DNA of 54,565 bases from Prevotella sp. (GTDB lineage Bacteria; Bacteroidota; Bacteroidia; Bacteroidales; Dysgonomonadaceae): contig JAITVV010000075.1 of the NCBI GenBank assembly GCA_031285625.1, forward strand, positions 1-54,565. Direction: 5' to 3'. The notes below the pieces were generated by a model. The model saw only the letters and a list, made by a program, of their open reading frames with translations. It made no database searches and was not told the DNA's origin. Below, in pieces: positions 21,043-29,742 of this stretch. Made by a program: the position numbers and the translations under genes. Position 1 is the stretch's first letter. Each line of letters starts with the position of its first letter.

Positions 21043-21118
21043 CTTTACACCGTTGTGAATATTTACAATTACAAATATACTCAATTGAGTATAAATTAAC
21101 AAATAAAAAGGTGTAAAG
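21043..21118. promoter_or_regulatory. Divergent cro/cI-type control region with operator palindromes
   Basis: Perfect 18-bp palindrome TATACTCAATTGAGTATA (21076-21093) overlapping a minus-strand -7 box TATATTTG (21072-21079); 9-bp IR CTTTACACC(21043-21051)/GGTGTAAAG(21110-21118). Confidence 0.65.
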
Positions 21119-21138
21119 TTCACATTTAAGTATAAAAT

Positions 21139-21837
21139 ATGACTATTAATCAACGTATCCAGAAAATAATAGATGAGCTTTTCTCTGGAAATAAGAGGGC
21201 TTTCTCTTTTGCAGTGGGAATTTCTCCTACTGTTACCGAAAATATTGTCGGTAAGAGGCAGAGTAATCCTTCTTTTGATGTAACAAGTAAGATTGCATAC
21301 TCAATTGATAATATTAATAGCGAATGGTTGTTGACAGGTATTGGAGAAATGCTTAAATCTCGCATCTTTCAAAATGGAGATTCCTTACTTGTTTCGGAAG
21401 GGCAGTTTCCCTACGGAAATATGTTGGATATGGCAAAACCTCATATTGAATCTGAATCTGATAGCTTTAGTAAAATAATTGAATCTCAGGAGTGTAAAAG
21501 AATTATTATTCCTTTTATTGAAAATTACGATTTCTCTTTGCGTCAATATGGAGACAGTATGGTTAATCCGGGCAATCCACTTAAGAGCATTAATGATCAG
21601 GATATAGTTGTTTGCAGATTGTGGAGAAATACCTCATACATTCGTTGGGGTGAGGTATATGCTTTGGCTACATCTCAGGGGAATACTATCAAGAAAATTA
21701 TACCTTCAGAAAAGAACGGATACGTAAGATGTGTTTCTCTCAATGAAAGAGCAGGATACGCCTCCTATGATTTGCCTACAAAAGAGATATCCGATTGGGC
21801 TATAGTTGTTGGTGTCACATATGTGAGGATTTGGTAA
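21139..21837 (+). CDS. Phage CI/LexA-like repressor (HTH + S24 peptidase)
   Basis: N-terminal HTH ending in EWLLTGIGEM; GDSM (Ser) and IKK (Lys) S24 catalytic motifs. Confidence 0.88.
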   Translation: MTINQRIQKIIDELFSGNKRAFSFAVGISPTVTENIVGKRQSNPSFDVTSKIAYSIDNINSEWLLTGIGEMLKSRIFQNGDSLLVSEGQFPYGNMLDMAKPHIESESDSFSKIIESQECKRIIIPFIENYDFSLRQYGDSMVNPGNPLKSINDQDIVVCRLWRNTSYIRWGEVYALATSQGNTIKKIIPSEKNGYVRCVSLNERAGYASYDLPTKEISDWAIVVGVTYVRIW

Positions 21838-21838
21838 A

Positions 21839-22489
21839 TCAAAGGATAATGTAGATTGCAGCCATATGGCAGATGCTCCCAGCCAGTACAAATAAATGAA
21901 ATACGGTATGCATATACTTTTTCTTTGTCCACGAATAGAATAAAGCTCCTACAACATAGGCTACACCCCCCACAATCAGCCAATACAACGATTCGAGACG
22001 TCCTGTTTGGGATAAGATATCGGCTAAAGGCTTAAATGCAACTAAAATAGCGCCCCCCATAAGGACAAAACAGATGGTCTCCAGGTTGCTGTGATCCTTT
22101 AGTCTCACAAAACTAACTATCAGTCCGGCAATTGCAGCTATACAGATAAAGGCAAACAGACTCCATCCCCAAGCGCCTTCATTGCGGAGTACAATTAAAG
22201 TAAAAGGAATATAGGTTCCTGCAATGTGCAGATAAATAGCACTATGGTCACATTTACGAAGAAGGCTTTTTCGTCTTTCATGTGTACAACCATGATAGCA
22301 AGTAGATGTTACGTAAGAAGCTAACATTCCGAACAGATACGCTAATACGCTACCTATGGCCCAGCCATCGCCGCTACCAATGGCTTTAGATAATAGAATA
22401 TAACCGCCGACTATACCCAGAATAATTCCTGCTCCATGTGAGATTGTATTTGCCAGTTCTTCTTCTTTAGTATAGTATTTGGATGCCAT
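21839..22489 (-). CDS. Hemolysin III / PAQR family membrane protein
   Basis: EELANTISH, ST.YH, DHSAIYLHIAGTY.P and HTVFHLFV; start at ATG 22489 below a -7 box at 22505-22512. Confidence 0.93.
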   Translation of the reverse strand: MASKYYTKEEELANTISHGAGIILGIVGGYILLSKAIGSGDGWAIGSVLAYLFGMLASYVTSTCYHGCTHERRKSLLRKCDHSAIYLHIAGTYIPFTLIVLRNEGAWGWSLFAFICIAAIAGLIVSFVRLKDHSNLETICFVLMGGAILVAFKPLADILSQTGRLESLYWLIVGGVAYVVGALFYSWTKKKYMHTVFHLFVLAGSICHMAAIYIIL

Positions 22490-22528
22490 TCTATATTTTT
22501 TCAACAAAAATACAACTGTTTTTCTTAT

Positions 22529-22954
22529 TCAGAAAAGTTTTTCTTTATCAATAGGAACACGATTTTTTACTAATTGTCTGTCCTTATTATAGAAATTATA
22601 CCTTTCGAAGGTACAATCTGTGAGACTGACTGATTTTTCCCCGGAAGTTACAAATGTTTTCCCATCCTTAATAATTCCAATATCTAGTTTGAGTAAACCT
22701 GCACCATATAGTATTTGTTGTCTCCAGCCCTCAATGTCTTTGTTATACGATAGCCCGAAATAAGTTGTTCCGTTGGGTATAATTATTATAAAATTCTCAG
22801 ATATGACCCCGCCTTCCTGAGGTATTATCGGTTTGTGTTGTGTGGTAATTTTATGGAATAATTCTTCCTCAAATTTTTTATCAGGTGGAACTTCAATATA
22901 AATTACTTCTCTCCATTCATATTCTTCTTTACCCGGAATCTTTATCTCTGCCAT
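22529..22954 (-). CDS. Hypothetical protein
   Basis: 141-aa ORF filling the gap; no recognised motif. Confidence 0.65.
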   Translation of the reverse strand: MAEIKIPGKEEYEWREVIYIEVPPDKKFEEELFHKITTQHKPIIPQEGGVISENFIIIIPNGTTYFGLSYNKDIEGWRQQILYGAGLLKLDIGIIKDGKTFVTSGEKSVSLTDCTFERYNFYNKDRQLVKNRVPIDKEKLF

Positions 22955-22988
22955 CTCATTTTTTTAGCAAGGTAAATAATTATTTTCA

Positions 22989-23008
22989 AATCACTACATC
23001 TAGTGATT
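22989..23008. promoter_or_regulatory. Candidate operator palindrome
   Basis: AATCACTA-catc-TAGTGATT between divergent genes. Confidence 0.5.
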
Positions 23009-23058
23009 GATAGATATTCGGGAAAACTGTTCCTTTGTGTTATTAATAAATAAAATCT

Positions 23059-25362
23059 ATGAAAATATATAGCCTAATAAGAAAAATATTCGTCATCGTA
23101 TCATTGTTATTCTGTTTTGCTTATGCATCTGCCAAAGGAGGATCCCCTAAAGATACATTATACACCGAGCTCAAAAACGATATTGTAATTTTATCGAGCA
23201 CTAAAGAAACGAACAGCCTGAGATCATTACCTGCTGCTGTTTCGGTTTTCTCTCCAAAAAACCTGGATGCTTTACAGGTACATTCTCTAAAAGACCTCAG
23301 TGCTATTGTTCCCAATTATTTTGCGGCTGACTATGGGTCGAAGATGACCTCTCCTCTATATATCCGGGGCGTTGGTGCACGATCGGGTGATCAGACAGTA
23401 AGTATGTATATTGATAATATCCCTTACTTTAATACAACATCATTTGACACCGAGCTATTCGACATACAGCGTATTGAAGTTCTCAGAGGTACACAGGGTA
23501 CATTATATGGACGTAATGCAATGGGAGGAATCATAAACATTTATACTTTCTCTCCTCTTACATATGAAGGTACAACTATCAAAGCCGGAGGTGGCAGCTA
23601 TGGATATTTTTCTGCAAATGCATCTCACTATCACCGTTTAAATAACAAAATGGGAATCTCTATCGGAGCATATTATCATCGTGGCAATGGTTACTTTAAG
23701 AACCTATATACAGGAAATAAAGTGGATGATATGAAAAATGCAGGAGGAAGGGCTAAATTCGTATGGGATATTACATCACGTTTATCTGCAAATTATAGTG
23801 TAAGTTTCGATTATGTTGATCAGGGTGCATTCCCATATGCTAATATAGAGACAGGTGATATTGATTACGATTCAGAAGGGTATTATAAAAGAAAGCTGTT
23901 GACTAATGGTCTGGCTTTACGGTATGCCGGAAACGGATATGAAATAAACTCAACAACAGGTTATCAATACCTGAATGACGAAATGAATATGGATCAGGAC
24001 TATACACGGCAATCACTGTTCCAAATCAATCAGGGACAGAAGCAAAACTCTCTGAGTCAGGAAATTACTATAAAGTCAAATAATGCTGCTAATTATCAAT
24101 GGTCGATCGGAGGATATGGTTTTTATGATTACTTGCATAACACTCCACCTGTGTATATGATGAAAGATGGTATAAAAAGATTTTTACAGGATCCTTTAAC
24201 AAGCATGGGTGCACCTATCACATTCACTGATGAACAAATAGATCTTAATGGACAATACAAACGTCCTACATATGGTGTAGCAATTTTTCATCAATCAACC
24301 TTTAATAATATTTTTCATACTGAGGGATTATCAGTTACGCTGGGGCTGCGGTTAGACTATGAAAAAACGAAACTGGACTATAATGCCAGTACAACAGCAA
24401 ATTTTGAAGTTCAGGGCCGGCCGGGAACGGCACCGATCCCTTTTAGTGCAGATACTGCTATTGTGGGAAGCTCGTCTAACGATTTTCTGGAATTGTTACC
24501 TAAAGCTCTGGTTAAATACCAGATTAGCCCGAATTCATATATGTACATATCTGCATCGCGCGGTTATAAGACCGGAGGGCATAATATACAGATATTTGCA
24601 GATCTCCTACAAGAGGCTCTCGAAGCTAAAATGATGGGTATGATGCCTGGAATGGGGAGTCAGCCTTCTGGTAAGATGGAGTCAATAAGAGACCGGATAT
24701 CATATAAACCGGAATATAGCTGGAATTATGAGCTGGGTGGGCAACTGGACATCATTGGCAATACTCTATCTACAAACTTCGCGTTCTACTATATTGATGT
24801 TCGTGATGTGCAGATTACCCAATTTATTAAAAGCGGTGGAGGACGCATGGTGAGCAATGCCGGAAAGGCTGTAAGCAAAGGCATTGAAGTGGGATTGAAA
24901 GCCCGTCCGTGTAATGGGTTTTATCTCTATGCAAATTATGGTTTTGCGGATGCCAGATTTAAAGACTATGAAATAGAACAAACTGATCGTAAAGGAAATA
25001 CTTCTGTAGTAAGCTATACAAATAATCATATTCCATTTGCCCCTACTTCTACATTCAGTGTAGGAGGCAGTATATCTTGTAATTTTAGGAATAATCCTAT
25101 TGTCGATCGTTTGACACTTAATTCTAATTTTGCCGGAATAGGTAAGATATATTGGGCAGAAGATAATATGATGTCCCAGAGCTTTTATGGAACATTGAAT
25201 GCTCATTTAAGCCTTGATAAAAGTATTTTTACTGTAGAAGTATGGGGTAAAAATATTCTTGACCGCGATTACAATACATTTCTTTTCGAATCATTGGGGG
25301 ATCATTTTGGACAAAAAGGAAAGCCTGCACGTTGGGGAGCCTCATTGAAGATTAAATTGTAA
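23059..25362 (+). CDS. TonB-dependent receptor
   Basis: Signal peptide; plug motif IEVLRGTQGTLYGRNAMGGIINI; beta-barrel pattern; C-terminal beta strand. Confidence 0.95.
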   Translation: MKIYSLIRKIFVIVSLLFCFAYASAKGGSPKDTLYTELKNDIVILSSTKETNSLRSLPAAVSVFSPKNLDALQVHSLKDLSAIVPNYFAADYGSKMTSPLYIRGVGARSGDQTVSMYIDNIPYFNTTSFDTELFDIQRIEVLRGTQGTLYGRNAMGGIINIYTFSPLTYEGTTIKAGGGSYGYFSANASHYHRLNNKMGISIGAYYHRGNGYFKNLYTGNKVDDMKNAGGRAKFVWDITSRLSANYSVSFDYVDQGAFPYANIETGDIDYDSEGYYKRKLLTNGLALRYAGNGYEINSTTGYQYLNDEMNMDQDYTRQSLFQINQGQKQNSLSQEITIKSNNAANYQWSIGGYGFYDYLHNTPPVYMMKDGIKRFLQDPLTSMGAPITFTDEQIDLNGQYKRPTYGVAIFHQSTFNNIFHTEGLSVTLGLRLDYEKTKLDYNASTTANFEVQGRPGTAPIPFSADTAIVGSSSNDFLELLPKALVKYQISPNSYMYISASRGYKTGGHNIQIFADLLQEALEAKMMGMMPGMGSQPSGKMESIRDRISYKPEYSWNYELGGQLDIIGNTLSTNFAFYYIDVRDVQITQFIKSGGGRMVSNAGKAVSKGIEVGLKARPCNGFYLYANYGFADARFKDYEIEQTDRKGNTSVVSYTNNHIPFAPTSTFSVGGSISCNFRNNPIVDRLTLNSNFAGIGKIYWAEDNMMSQSFYGTLNAHLSLDKSIFTVEVWGKNILDRDYNTFLFESLGDHFGQKGKPARWGASLKIKL

Positions 25363-25366
25363 AATC

Positions 25367-26554
25367 TTATTTCCGAAAAGGATTCTTACACCATGTACCT
25401 CGCCGCCATAATGTTTCGAGCGGCCCCTGTTTATGGATAGATAACCAGTAACTACTAAAAAGCCATTGGATTGTAAATATGCCTATTGCTATAAGTATAG
25501 AGATGGTTGCTCCTGCATATTGTGCCAACCCAAAACCATATCCGAGATAGAGTATGCTTCCTATAATAGATTGTCCGATATAATTGGTCAGACTCATTCT
25601 CCCATATGGAATAATAAAACGCTGGAATTTGTACCCATCTTTCTGGAACCAGAACAATACAAATGCCGAAACGAGCAATGCCATGAAATTGAAATTGAAA
25701 AAAGATGGCAAAATTATATGTAAAGGCGTTTTAACAGCTTGTATATCGGTCATGTCAGGAATAAATACACTAAGCAAATAAAGGGGAATGAATGCTATAG
25801 CTGATATCAATAAAATTCTCTTCCATGCCCTGATTGAATTTTCACTTTTGATAAAATAATTGCATCTTCCGAGCAGCATACCAAACATAAATAGTGCAGG
25901 AATCTGGAACAGCCGTCCGTTCTCTACTTGCCACAGGTTGCTGTAAAGCTGACCGTCTGTAATATTAGAATATAAAATTTCAAAGAATGTTCCGTCTTTC
26001 ATTACAGGCAGCGCTAGCTGGAAGTATTTATAAAAATACATGCCATAAGTTTCTACATCAGGATAGATAAAGCCGCATATTACCCGTATCCATTCTACTG
26101 GCTGTAACAAGCAAATAGTAGCAATAATAAATACTGTCCGATTACTTAAGTCACATACCAAAATCAAAACAAATCCCATAAGGGCATATAGAAATAGAAT
26201 ATCCCCATTATAGAAGAGTGCATGAAGTTGAGAGAACAGAATCAATAGTACCATACGCCATGCAAAGCGCCCTTTGAAACTTTCACCTCTGGCTTGTCTC
26301 TTACTTAACTGAATGTAAAAGCTAAAGCCGAATAGTAATGAGAAGGTCGCATATGCTTTACCGGCGAGTAAAAACATAATGACATTTGAAATTATGGTAT
26401 CAGCGCCTTTAAGCCATTCCGGAGCATATGGTACAGGTGCAATCAGATTATAATGCTCAATATTATGGATCAATACAATTGCCAGGAGGGCAAACCCGCG
26501 AAGGGCATCTACAACTTGAAGACGTGGGCTTTCTTTCAGTAACTTAGTACTCAT
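25367..26554 (-). CDS. DUF418 (YeiB-like) membrane protein
   Basis: DALRGFAL, FSLLFG, GDIL..YA, GRMSLTNY and GPLE.LWR; start at ATG 26554. Confidence 0.9.
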   Translation of the reverse strand: MSTKLLKESPRLQVVDALRGFALLAIVLIHNIEHYNLIAPVPYAPEWLKGADTIISNVIMFLLAGKAYATFSLLFGFSFYIQLSKRQARGESFKGRFAWRMVLLILFSQLHALFYNGDILFLYALMGFVLILVCDLSNRTVFIIATICLLQPVEWIRVICGFIYPDVETYGMYFYKYFQLALPVMKDGTFFEILYSNITDGQLYSNLWQVENGRLFQIPALFMFGMLLGRCNYFIKSENSIRAWKRILLISAIAFIPLYLLSVFIPDMTDIQAVKTPLHIILPSFFNFNFMALLVSAFVLFWFQKDGYKFQRFIIPYGRMSLTNYIGQSIIGSILYLGYGFGLAQYAGATISILIAIGIFTIQWLFSSYWLSIHKQGPLETLWRRGTWCKNPFRK

Positions 26555-26691
26555 CTCAAATAAATTTCCCCAAAGATATATTAAAATTAAGAGTATGAAA
26601 GTAGAAAATACCAGTATTATATAATCTAAAAAATGAATTAAAGCACAATTCAAATAAAATACGTAATTTTGAACTCTCATGTTGATCAATT

Positions 26692-27879
26692 ATGAATTAT
26701 AGAAAAATAAAACTAAGACCTAAAAAAGAAGAGTCGCTAAAACGCTTCCATCCATGGATATTTTCCGGGGCAGTACAACAAAAAGACGATGACCTTACAG
26801 AAGGAGAGGTTGTTAATGTATATACAGCTAACGATGAGTTTATTGCTGTCGGACATTATCAGATAGGAAGCATAGAGGTAAGGGTCTTGTCGTTTGAGGA
26901 AGAAGAGATTAATCCGGATTTTTGGAAAAAGCGATTGGCTTCAGCCTTTGAACTGAGAAAATCGATAGGTCTTGTGTCCACTAATAATAATTCATATCGT
27001 CTGGTACATGGAGAAGGGGATCATCTTCCCGGATTGATTATTGATATGTATGCCGAAACGGCTGTTATTCAGTCGCATTCTGTTGGTATGCACGAATCAA
27101 GAATGATGATTTGTGAAGCCCTGAGAAATGTAATAGGAGATAGTCTGAAAAATGTATATTATAAGTCTGAAACAACGTTGCCCTACAAAGCAAATCTTGG
27201 TGCGGAGAATGAATACCTCTATGGAGGTAAAGATGTAAACGAAGTAGCTATAGAAAACGATCTGAAATTTTATCCGGATTGGGTAAAAGGGCAAAAAACA
27301 GGATTCTTCGTAGATCAACGTGACAACAGGGCTTTACTTGAGAGATATTCGAAAGACCGTTCTGTTCTGAATATGTTCTGTTATACAGGTGGATTTTCAT
27401 TCTACGCTTTGCGTGGAAATGCTAAGTTAGTACATTCCGTAGATAGCTCTTCCAAAGCTATAGCATTGACAAACCGGAATGTAGAATTAAACTTTCCTGA
27501 AGATAAGCGACATGAAGCTTTTGCTGAAGATGCATTCAAATTTTTAGGCAATATAAATAAAGGGGATTATGATCTGATTGTTCTTGACCCTCCGGCCTTT
27601 GCTAAGCACAGAGGGGCAATAAGAAATGCACTCCAAGGTTATAAACGGCTTAATGCAGTTGCATTCGATAAAATCGCTGCTGGAGGAATTATTTTCACTT
27701 TTTCTTGTTCGCAGGTAATCTCTAAAGAAGCTTTCCGCCTTGCAGTATTTAGTGCTGCTGCTATATCAGGCAGAAAGGTTAGGATATTACATCAGCTTAG
27801 TCAGCCGGCAGACCATCCGATCAATATTTATCACCCTGAAGGAGAATACCTGAAAGGATTGGTGTTATATGTAGAGTAA
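26692..27879 (+). CDS. rlmI: RlmI-family SAM-dependent rRNA methyltransferase
   Basis: PUA domain HPWIF, GQKTGFFVDQR, NMFCYTGGF, LDPPAF, SCS and YLK; -7 box TAATTTTG at 26664-26671. Confidence 0.88.
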   Translation: MNYRKIKLRPKKEESLKRFHPWIFSGAVQQKDDDLTEGEVVNVYTANDEFIAVGHYQIGSIEVRVLSFEEEEINPDFWKKRLASAFELRKSIGLVSTNNNSYRLVHGEGDHLPGLIIDMYAETAVIQSHSVGMHESRMMICEALRNVIGDSLKNVYYKSETTLPYKANLGAENEYLYGGKDVNEVAIENDLKFYPDWVKGQKTGFFVDQRDNRALLERYSKDRSVLNMFCYTGGFSFYALRGNAKLVHSVDSSSKAIALTNRNVELNFPEDKRHEAFAEDAFKFLGNINKGDYDLIVLDPPAFAKHRGAIRNALQGYKRLNAVAFDKIAAGGIIFTFSCSQVISKEAFRLAVFSAAAISGRKVRILHQLSQPADHPINIYHPEGEYLKGLVLYVE

Positions 27880-27923
27880 ATCTATATATAATCCCAAGGA
27901 AACACAACTACTATTCTATTCTT

Positions 27924-28642
27924 ATGGCTTCGATATGGAATCCGTGGCACGGCTGTCACAAAATAAGTGAGGGATGCCGATATTGTTATATGTATCGGGG
28001 CGATGCAAGGCGAGGTGTAGATAGTTCTATTGTAACCCAAACAAAAAACTTTGATATCCCGATAAGAAAAAAAAGAGCGGTGAATATAAAATTCCGTCAG
28101 GAACAGATGTATATACTTGTTTTACTTCCGATTTCTTCAATAAAGATGCTGACCAATGGCGTCCCGAAGCATGGAATATGATAAGAGAAAGAAGTGACTT
28201 GAATTTTCTGATGATAACAAAAAGGATAGATCGTTTTGAAATAGGTTTACCTTCCGATTGGAGAGAAGGGTATGATAATGTTACAATTTGCTGCACTGTT
28301 GAAAATCAGGACCGTGCAGATTACAGATTACCAATCTATAAAGAGGCTCCGATAAAGCACAAAATAATAATATGCGAACCATTATTAGAAAGGATAGACC
28401 TGAAACCTCATATTGGCAAGTGGGTAGAACATGTGACGGTGGGTGGAGAATCAGGGACAAATGTCCGTATATGCAATTATGACTGGATAAAAGAAATCCA
28501 TCAGCTTTGTATGGAAAATAATATCTCTTTCTGGTTTAAACAAACAGGAGCGAGATTTGTCAAAGATGGCAGATTATACAATATCCCCAGAAGAATGCAA
28601 CATGCCCAAGCCAGAAAAGCGGGATTGAATTATAAGAAATAA
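27924..28642 (+). pseudogene. DUF5131 (phage Gp37/Gp68-like radical SAM) gene split by a frameshift in an A8 run
   Basis: ORF1 has WNPWHGC...GC..CY and ORF2 has TKR, EPLL, GGESG and FKQ; one extra A at 28067-28074 gives continuous KKSGEYKIPSGTDVYTCFTSDFF...WNMIRER. Confidence 0.85.
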
Positions 28643-28674
28643 GTATTACTTTTATTACTTCAAAAAATGAGATA

Positions 28675-29742
28675 ATGAATACGGATATCGATGCACTATA
28701 CTATAATGCAGTAGACCTGTTGAAGGAGATGATCAGCACTCCTTCCTTTAGTAGGGAAGAACATAATGTGGCTGAAATAATAGCTGCATGTATGAAGAAA
28801 ATGGATTTTGAACCAAATAGAAAAGGAAATAACTTATGGATTCAATCACCGGATTTTGATTCTTCGAAACCAACAATTCTTCTTAACTCGCATATGGATA
28901 CCGTACGTCCAGTATCTGGCTGGACAAAAGACCCGTTCTTCCCCGAAATCGAAGACGATACCCTATATGGCTTAGGCAGTAACGATGCCGGGGCCAGCCT
29001 TGTTTCATTATTGCATACATTTTTCGTATTAACAAGTAAGGAGCAGGATTATAACCTGATCTTTCTGGCTTCTTGCGAAGAAGAAGTTTCGGGAAAAGAC
29101 GGAGCTGAGGCTACTGTACCACTCCTGCCAAAGATAGAGTTTGGTATTGTAGGTGAGCCTACCCAGATGAACCCTGCCATTGCAGAAAAAGGGCTTCTTG
29201 TCCTTGATTGCACATCTTACGGAAAGTCCGGACATGCTGCCCGGAATGAGGGAGATAATGCCATCTATAAAGCCCTGAAAGATATAGATTGGTTCAGGAT
29301 ATACCAGTTTCCGGAAATAAGTGATCTCTTAGGCCCGGTAAAGATGACTGTGAGTATGATAAATGCAGGTACACAACATAATGTAGTTCCTGATAAATGC
29401 GACTTTGTAGTAGATGTCCGCAGCAACGAACTTTATAGTAACGAAGAACTGTTCAAGATAATAGATAAACATACTGATTGCGAGGTCAGACCACGTTCTT
29501 TTCGCTTGAATTCTTCCCGTATAGCATTAGAGAATCCTTTTGTACAACGGGCGGTTATGATAGGTAAAGAACCATATGGTTCCCCTACTTTGTCCGATCA
29601 GACATTTATGCCTTTTCCTACATTAAAAATGGGGCCAGGCGATTCTGCTCGTTCACATACCGCAGATGAATATATCCTGCTGAGTGAAATCAGAGAAGCA
29701 ATAGAGCTTTATGTAAAACTGTTGGATGGTTTACGCCTCTGA
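28675..29742 (+). CDS. M20 metallohydrolase (ArgE/DapE-like deacylase)
   Basis: NSHMDTV, GLGSND, CEEE, GEPT and HTADE motifs. Confidence 0.92.
   Translation: MNTDIDALYYNAVDLLKEMISTPSFSREEHNVAEIIAACMKKMDFEPNRKGNNLWIQSPDFDSSKPTILLNSHMDTVRPVSGWTKDPFFPEIEDDTLYGLGSNDAGASLVSLLHTFFVLTSKEQDYNLIFLASCEEEVSGKDGAEATVPLLPKIEFGIVGEPTQMNPAIAEKGLLVLDCTSYGKSGHAARNEGDNAIYKALKDIDWFRIYQFPEISDLLGPVKMTVSMINAGTQHNVVPDKCDFVVDVRSNELYSNEELFKIIDKHTDCEVRPRSFRLNSSRIALENPFVQRAVMIGKEPYGSPTLSDQTFMPFPTLKMGPGDSARSHTADEYILLSEIREAIELYVKLLDGLRL

Noticed and set aside
20435-21837. Intact prophage
   Set aside because: No integrase, replication, structural or lysis genes; flanked directly by housekeeping genes
22955-23058. Cobalamin or TPP riboswitch ahead of the TonB receptor
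   Set aside because: The spacer is only 104 nt and lacks the conserved aptamer motifs
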